DNA of 64,000 nt from an uncultured Gammaproteobacteria bacterium (GTDB lineage: Bacteria > Patescibacteriota > Microgenomatia > JALYQM01). Under the pieces are notes generated by a model. The model saw only the letters and a program-made list of their open reading frames with translations, did not search any database and was not told the origin of the DNA. Shown here one piece after another: positions 59,173 to 64,000 of the stretch. Location of the stretch: positions 52,022 to 116,021 of the forward strand of contig CAZGHS010000003.1 of assembly GCA_964525495.1 (NCBI GenBank), written 5' to 3'. The stretch's first letter is position 1. Each line of letters starts with the position of its first letter. Position numbers and translations under genes: made by a program.

Positions 59173-60746
59173 TGCATATAGAGCATATAGTGCTGAGTTG
59201 TTTCTTTTTTTAAGTCCTGCATTGTTTCCAGACAATTGTTGTAATAGGTCGGAAAAACTTTATTCTCATTGGAATACATTATGATGTTGTAGTTCTCTTG
59301 GTAGACTAGCTTATGAAGCTCAGCGCATTTGGGCTGATAGAATGCTTGAAGATCACGAATATCTACTTGTCCATGCGAGATAAACCCAACAGGGAGGGTA
59401 ATGCCCCAATCAAGTGCAATGAGTTTTGTTTTATTTACTACAAATCTTTGTGTTAGTTGTGTGATCTCGGTTCGTTTCCAGAAAATTTTCATCTTATTAT
59501 CTTTGATTTGCTGACTGAAGTTGGTCAGGATCATGACGTTGGTTGTGACGATTACTATAAGGAGACTGACTATCTGATATTTATATCGGGAGTAGTATTT
59601 TATGAGAAGCATTGCAAGAAGAATGTGTGGTAATGGATAGAGCATCAACATATGATGTGGACCGTTAGCATGGGGTGTCAGGACAATAAAAAACATTATC
59701 GAAAGGGTTAAAAATGCGGTGTAGGTAATCGGATCAAGAAGTGGTTCTGTTTTGCGGTTACGGAACTTTTGGTATAGAGTCTTTGTGCAAAATGGAACAA
59801 TAATACCCGCTATAAGAATACCCGTTATGTTAAGTGCAAAAATGTTTTCCGAAAGTATGTAATTAGGAATACTGGTGCCACTTAAAGTGTAAAAGAGCGT
59901 TGTTATTTTGTTTACTATATTTGAACTATAGTTTGTAAGGAGTGTCAGACTATTTGTTGATTGTGCAGATGTCAGAAGATAGCCTTCGAACTCCTGAAAA
60001 GATTTTTGCGATTCGTAATAGAAAAACGGTCGTTTGAATATAAATAGGAAGAATGGAAGTCCGAAACCAAGACCAAGGAGGAAGTAAGAAATAGTTTGTC
60101 GAAGATTTTTGTAATGAGCTTGATGTATATGATATGTGATCAGCAATGTCGTCGGAAGGATAATCCAGAGAGAGTTTAGCTTGTCCCACAGCAGTAAGCC
60201 GATAGTTGCACCAAAGAGAAACGCTTTTTGGCGAGTGGCATTGTTTGTAATAATTGATGATCCTACGAGAATAAGTATCATTTTAAGAATATTTTGAAGC
60301 GCGACTGGTCCCCAATCAAATGTGCTGGAAAGTATAAAGGATGGATCGCATGCGAGTATGGCTAAGGTAAGTAATGCCGTTTTACGATTAAAATATTTCT
60401 TGGCGTAGAGATAGGTTAAAGCAAGAGTAATCGCGCCGCACGCTATGGTCATGACACGAAGCGTTAATAAACTATCTGAAAACAGCAAGAACCCTAAGGA
60501 GAGTAGATACGACTTGAGTGGGCCAACGTAATATAAAATCATAAGTGGTACGGTATGTTCAAGAAATGAAGCTTTCACTACTCTATGCACTTGTGAAATA
60601 TAATCCGGATCGAGGATCTCCTGTGCTGCAACGGCATGCAGAAGTTCATCATAGTAATAACCGACTGACGATATATTCCAAAGTGAAGCAACGGCATATA
60701 CACAATAAATCGTTATAATAAGCCAGTTTTTTGTTATTAGATTCAT
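59169..60746 (-). CDS. GT-C-fold membrane glycosyltransferase (ArnT/PMT-like, GT39/GT83-type)
   Basis: About 12 TM segments, with a YYDELLH (DE motif) in the first extracytoplasmic loop. 525 aa. Confidence 0.5.
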   Translation of the reverse strand: MNLITKNWLIITIYCVYAVASLWNISSVGYYYDELLHAVAAQEILDPDYISQVHRVVKASFLEHTVPLMILYYVGPLKSYLLSLGFLLFSDSLLTLRVMTIACGAITLALTYLYAKKYFNRKTALLTLAILACDPSFILSSTFDWGPVALQNILKMILILVGSSIITNNATRQKAFLFGATIGLLLWDKLNSLWIILPTTLLITYHIHQAHYKNLRQTISYFLLGLGFGLPFFLFIFKRPFFYYESQKSFQEFEGYLLTSAQSTNSLTLLTNYSSNIVNKITTLFYTLSGTSIPNYILSENIFALNITGILIAGIIVPFCTKTLYQKFRNRKTEPLLDPITYTAFLTLSIMFFIVLTPHANGPHHMLMLYPLPHILLAMLLIKYYSRYKYQIVSLLIVIVTTNVMILTNFSQQIKDNKMKIFWKRTEITQLTQRFVVNKTKLIALDWGITLPVGFISHGQVDIRDLQAFYQPKCAELHKLVYQENYNIIMYSNENKVFPTYYNNCLETMQDLKKETTQHYMLYMH

Positions 60747-60792
60747 ATTTTATCTGTTTTTATGGTACAATTACGGTATACTTTTTTCTTCT

Positions 60793-61182
60793 ATGAAAAC
60801 TATCCTCGCTGTAGATGACGATGACGCAATATTAGAACTTCTCTCGACGGCGCTCGAGATAGAAGATACTTCGGTGCTGATTGCAAATAACGCAAATCAG
60901 GCATTACAATTGGCTAAGAAGCATACCCCTCATGTTATTTTACTTGATCTGATGATGCCTGAATATGATGGGTTTGAGTTCTATACAATACTTAAACAGG
61001 TTCCTGAGCTTGCACATACAAAATATATTATGTTCACGGCGCAAGGTAGTAAATCTAATTTGTGGGAAAGTATTGATCTTAACTTTGATGACTTTGTTGC
61101 AAAACCCTTTGATTTGACAGAATTAGAAATCCGTATCCGCCACCAACTTCAAAATGAAGAGCCGACTCGTGTGAGACGATAA
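60793..61182 (+). CDS. Stand-alone response-regulator receiver domain
   Basis: ILAVDDDD...ILLDLMMPEYDG...K receiver residues. Confidence 0.85.
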   Translation: MKTILAVDDDDAILELLSTALEIEDTSVLIANNANQALQLAKKHTPHVILLDLMMPEYDGFEFYTILKQVPELAHTKYIMFTAQGSKSNLWESIDLNFDDFVAKPFDLTELEIRIRHQLQNEEPTRVRR

Positions 61183-61183
61183 T

Positions 61184-61519
61184 ATGCGCCACTATTCCCT
61201 TTCTTCCTGCGAACTATATGTAATGGAAAATCTTGTGGAGAAATGCAGAGGAGTTATCGGACGCACTGATCTTTTGAATAAAGGGGCAATACTGATTCCT
61301 TCGTGCAACTGGGTGCATTCATTTTTTGTAGAGAAACCTTTACATATATTCTTTCTCTCCGATGATTACTCAAAGATCCTGCATACGGAGAGATTAAGTC
61401 CTAACAGAATTTCACACCCACATCCTGACGCAGCTCATGTTCTTGAAACATTAACTACTCATTCCCAAGAAAGTGTTGATTTGGTTTTGTCATTTTTACA
61501 TTCAGATAATTTTCAGTGA
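61184..61519 (+). CDS. Hypothetical protein, possibly DUF192-like
   Basis: CNWVHSFFVEKPLHIFFLSDD resembles the DUF192 core (C/S-x-H-T-F-x-M...IDV-FLD). This is from memory and tentative. Confidence 0.35.
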   Translation: MRHYSLSSCELYVMENLVEKCRGVIGRTDLLNKGAILIPSCNWVHSFFVEKPLHIFFLSDDYSKILHTERLSPNRISHPHPDAAHVLETLTTHSQESVDLVLSFLHSDNFQ

Positions 61520-61587
61520 TCTACTCTTGACCAAGTAGAATTTTTGCTATAGTATGTAATACGTATATTCGCTAACTCAACAAACGT

Positions 61588-62514
61588 ATGATACAAGTTT
61601 CTCATCTCAACAAATCCTATGCGGGCAATCCGATACTGAAAGATATTTCCTTTACAATTGATAAGGGTGAAATCATTGGATTTTTGGGACCTAACGGCGC
61701 AGGTAAAACTACGACGATGCGTATTATCACAGGCTACCTCCCTCCTACTTCTGGCTTTGTCAAAATTGGTGGACAGGATGTAGTAGAAAACTCGTTGCAG
61801 GCTCGTAGGAAAATTGGTTATTTGCCAGAGCACGTGCCACTTTATCTTGATTTAAATGTTGATGAGTACTTGTTGTTTTTTGCTCGAATAATGAGAGTTC
61901 CTGGTAAAGAGTTCAAGAATGAACTTGCTCGGGTAAAGGAGCGCACGGGGCTTACCGCTGTTTCAAAAAAATTAATTGGATCTTTGTCTCGAGGTTATCG
62001 TCAGCGCGTCGGATTGGCACAAGCTTTGATTGGCAATCCTGAGGTATTAATCCTGGACGAACCGACTGTTGGTTTAGATCCGGTGCAGATCATTGAGATT
62101 CGTGAATTGATTAAAGATCTCGCAAAACATCAAACAGTAATTTTGAGTACGCATATCTTGCCTGAAGTTAGTCAGATTTGTAGCCGTGTCCTTATTATAA
62201 ATAAGGGAGCGATTATTGCCGACAGTAGTGTGCATGATCTTACTCAGAAAGATAAAACACGAAGTAAATTATTAGTGACTGTTGGTGGCAAGATCGAGGA
62301 AGCTCTCAAGTCAATTCGTTCAGTCAACGGCATAACTCGTTCAGACAGTGTGCGCGATGGTGATGAGCATGTCATCACTGTTGAATCGCAATCTGATGTA
62401 CGTCATCAATTATTGAAGAAACTTATTGATACAAATATTGATATTCGTGAATTTCGTAGTGAAAAGATTGATCTTGAAAGTATATTCCTTAAACTTGTAA
62501 CGGAAGAGAAATAA
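61588..62514 (+). CDS. ABC transporter ATP-binding protein (ABC-2/GldA-like)
   Basis: GPNGAGKTTTMRIITGY, LSRGYRQRVGLAQAL, ILDEPTVGLD. Confidence 0.9.
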   Translation: MIQVSHLNKSYAGNPILKDISFTIDKGEIIGFLGPNGAGKTTTMRIITGYLPPTSGFVKIGGQDVVENSLQARRKIGYLPEHVPLYLDLNVDEYLLFFARIMRVPGKEFKNELARVKERTGLTAVSKKLIGSLSRGYRQRVGLAQALIGNPEVLILDEPTVGLDPVQIIEIRELIKDLAKHQTVILSTHILPEVSQICSRVLIINKGAIIADSSVHDLTQKDKTRSKLLVTVGGKIEEALKSIRSVNGITRSDSVRDGDEHVITVESQSDVRHQLLKKLIDTNIDIREFRSEKIDLESIFLKLVTEEK

Positions 62515-62515
62515 T

Positions 62516-63220
62516 ATGAGAAATATTGGTGCAGTGTATTTAAAAGAACTTCGATCGTATTTTAGCTCATCAGTAGCTTATATTTCGATTGCGCTGTTCT
62601 TAATTATCGGTGGGTTTTTCTTTTACTCCATTACTGTGGTGTCTAAGTCTGCATCTCTTGAGTATTCTCTATCCAACCTGGTTATAATTCTTATTTTTCT
62701 TATGCCTTTGGTTAGCATGCGGCTTTTATCTGAAGAAAAAAAGAGCGGGACATTGGAGTTGTTGCTTACCCGCCCTATTAAGGAAATTGAGATCGTATTA
62801 GGGAAGTTTTTTGCATCCGCTACAGTGTTGTTGGCAATGATACTTCCAACGGGACTCTACGGGGTGATTTTGTCACTAGTATCTAAGCCTGATATTTTGC
62901 CGATGGTTACTCAATATCTTTCGCTTTATCTGGTGGGGCTTTCATTTTTAGCACTCGGACTTTTCGCATCATCACTGACAGAAAATCAGATTATCGCTGC
63001 GGCCATATCGTTTACCTTTATTTTGATAATGTGGCTTTTGACTTGGATAACAGGTTCTATGGGACCTGATAATATTATCGGATATTTCGCTATTTCAAGC
63101 CACTTTGAAGATTTAAATAAAGGCGTCGTTGATGCGCGTGATATTATCTTTTACTTGTCGTTTATTGTTTTCTGGATTTATTTAACATCTAAAGTACTCG
63201 ATACAAAGCGATGGATATAA
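62516..63220 (+). CDS. ABC-2 family permease (GldF-like)
   Basis: 6 TM segments. 2 nt after the ATPase gene. Confidence 0.8.
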   Translation: MRNIGAVYLKELRSYFSSSVAYISIALFLIIGGFFFYSITVVSKSASLEYSLSNLVIILIFLMPLVSMRLLSEEKKSGTLELLLTRPIKEIEIVLGKFFASATVLLAMILPTGLYGVILSLVSKPDILPMVTQYLSLYLVGLSFLALGLFASSLTENQIIAAAISFTFILIMWLLTWITGSMGPDNIIGYFAISSHFEDLNKGVVDARDIIFYLSFIVFWIYLTSKVLDTKRWI

Positions 63221-63221
63221 T

Positions 63222-64000
63222 ATGAAACTGAAATTTGATTTTAAAACTATTCGTGATCGTGCTCTTGGTGTAATAAAAGGAATGCCTGGACAAGCGGGCA
63301 ATGCTTTAAAGTCTCGCCAAACACAATATGGTAGCCATAGTTTTATTTCTATATTGGTAGTTGCAGCAATACTTGTTATTTTGAATCTTATAGCCAAAAA
63401 CGCAGGGCTTCGATGGGACACAACGAAGAACCAGGTATATTCTCTCTCTAAGGAAACTATTGAAACAATAAAAAAAGTTAAAGAGCCAATTAAAGTATAT
63501 GCGTTTTTTGAGCCAGGTGCTGAAGTTGAGGCAATGAAGTTGCTCAAGGAATATTCTTCTCGCAATCAAAATATCAAACCTGAGTTTATAGATTTGTATT
63601 CTAAAGGTGAGTTGGCTGCACAGTATGGTATTCGTAGACCAAACACTGTAGTGTTTGTGCAAGGCAATAAGCAAGAAGAAACACTGTCTCCGACTGAAGC
63701 GGAGTTTACGTCAATACTTATCCGATTGCAGGATCAGCGTAAAGTTAATGTTGTCTTCTGGACAGGAAATGGTGAAAAAGATCCTGACGCTGAGGATGAA
63801 TCTGGTTTTAGTGAAGTAAAGAATACGTTAGCTCGAATGAATTATGTAGTAACCAAGCAGGATGCATTGAAGGATCCGACTGTTGCATCAGATACAGGTA
63901 TTTTGGTTATAGCTGGTCCACAAACTCCGTACTCTTCTCGTCAAATTGAAGCGTTGAACGCATATTTAGGCCGAGGCGGACGAGCTTTTGTAATGCTTGA
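63222..64000 (+). CDS. GldG-like ABC-transporter auxiliary protein (partial, continues past window end)
   Basis: Manual translation MKLKFDFKTIRDRALGVIKGMPGQAGNALKSRQTQYGSHSFISILVVAA... with no stop to position 64000. N-terminal TM plus a large periplasmic domain, as in the ABC-type uncharacterised transport system (GldG). Confidence 0.7.
   Translation, partial: MKLKFDFKTIRDRALGVIKGMPGQAGNALKSRQTQYGSHSFISILVVAAILVILNLIAKNAGLRWDTTKNQVYSLSKETIETIKKVKEPIKVYAFFEPGAEVEAMKLLKEYSSRNQNIKPEFIDLYSKGELAAQYGIRRPNTVVFVQGNKQEETLSPTEAEFTSILIRLQDQRKVNVVFWTGNGEKDPDAEDESGFSEVKNTLARMNYVVTKQDALKDPTVASDTGILVIAGPQTPYSSRQIEALNAYLGRGGRAFVML

Overview
This 64 kb window looks like a compact, gene-dense chromosome segment from a small-genome, low-GC (about 40%) bacterium, probably a CPR/Patescibacteria-type lineage. 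It uses the standard genetic code, since long housekeeping ORFs are intact with no in-frame TGA problem. Most genes are core informational or envelope genes: eno, dnaB, lgt-dksA-lspA, rpsB-tsf-frr-rseP, thrS, infC-rpmI-rplT, pheST, a class A PBP, tyrS, recG, rpmF-like, nusB-rnc, rpsP-KH-trmD, gyrBA, xerC/D, pgi and a GldAFG-like ABC-2 transporter. Two tRNAs are present, Leu-CAA and Val-GAC. The main accessory block is a complete secretin-less type IV pilus locus on the minus strand (about 33.5-46.5 kb). It contains pilB, pilT, pilC, pilD, pilMNO, four to five prepilin-type genes, a PilX-like protein and a 478-aa secreted protein that may be a tip protein or adhesin. Beyond the ORF track, the less ordinary items are: two families of structured intergenic repeats, each present twice; a T-box-type leader before thrS; a membrane-anchored Clp/Hsp100-like ATPase with a degenerate first AAA+ module; a repeat-studded AT-rich region beside xerC/D; and a few sub-60-aa genes. 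No CRISPR array, IS element or recognisable defence system was found. Everything here is by-eye motif recognition, with no database searches run.
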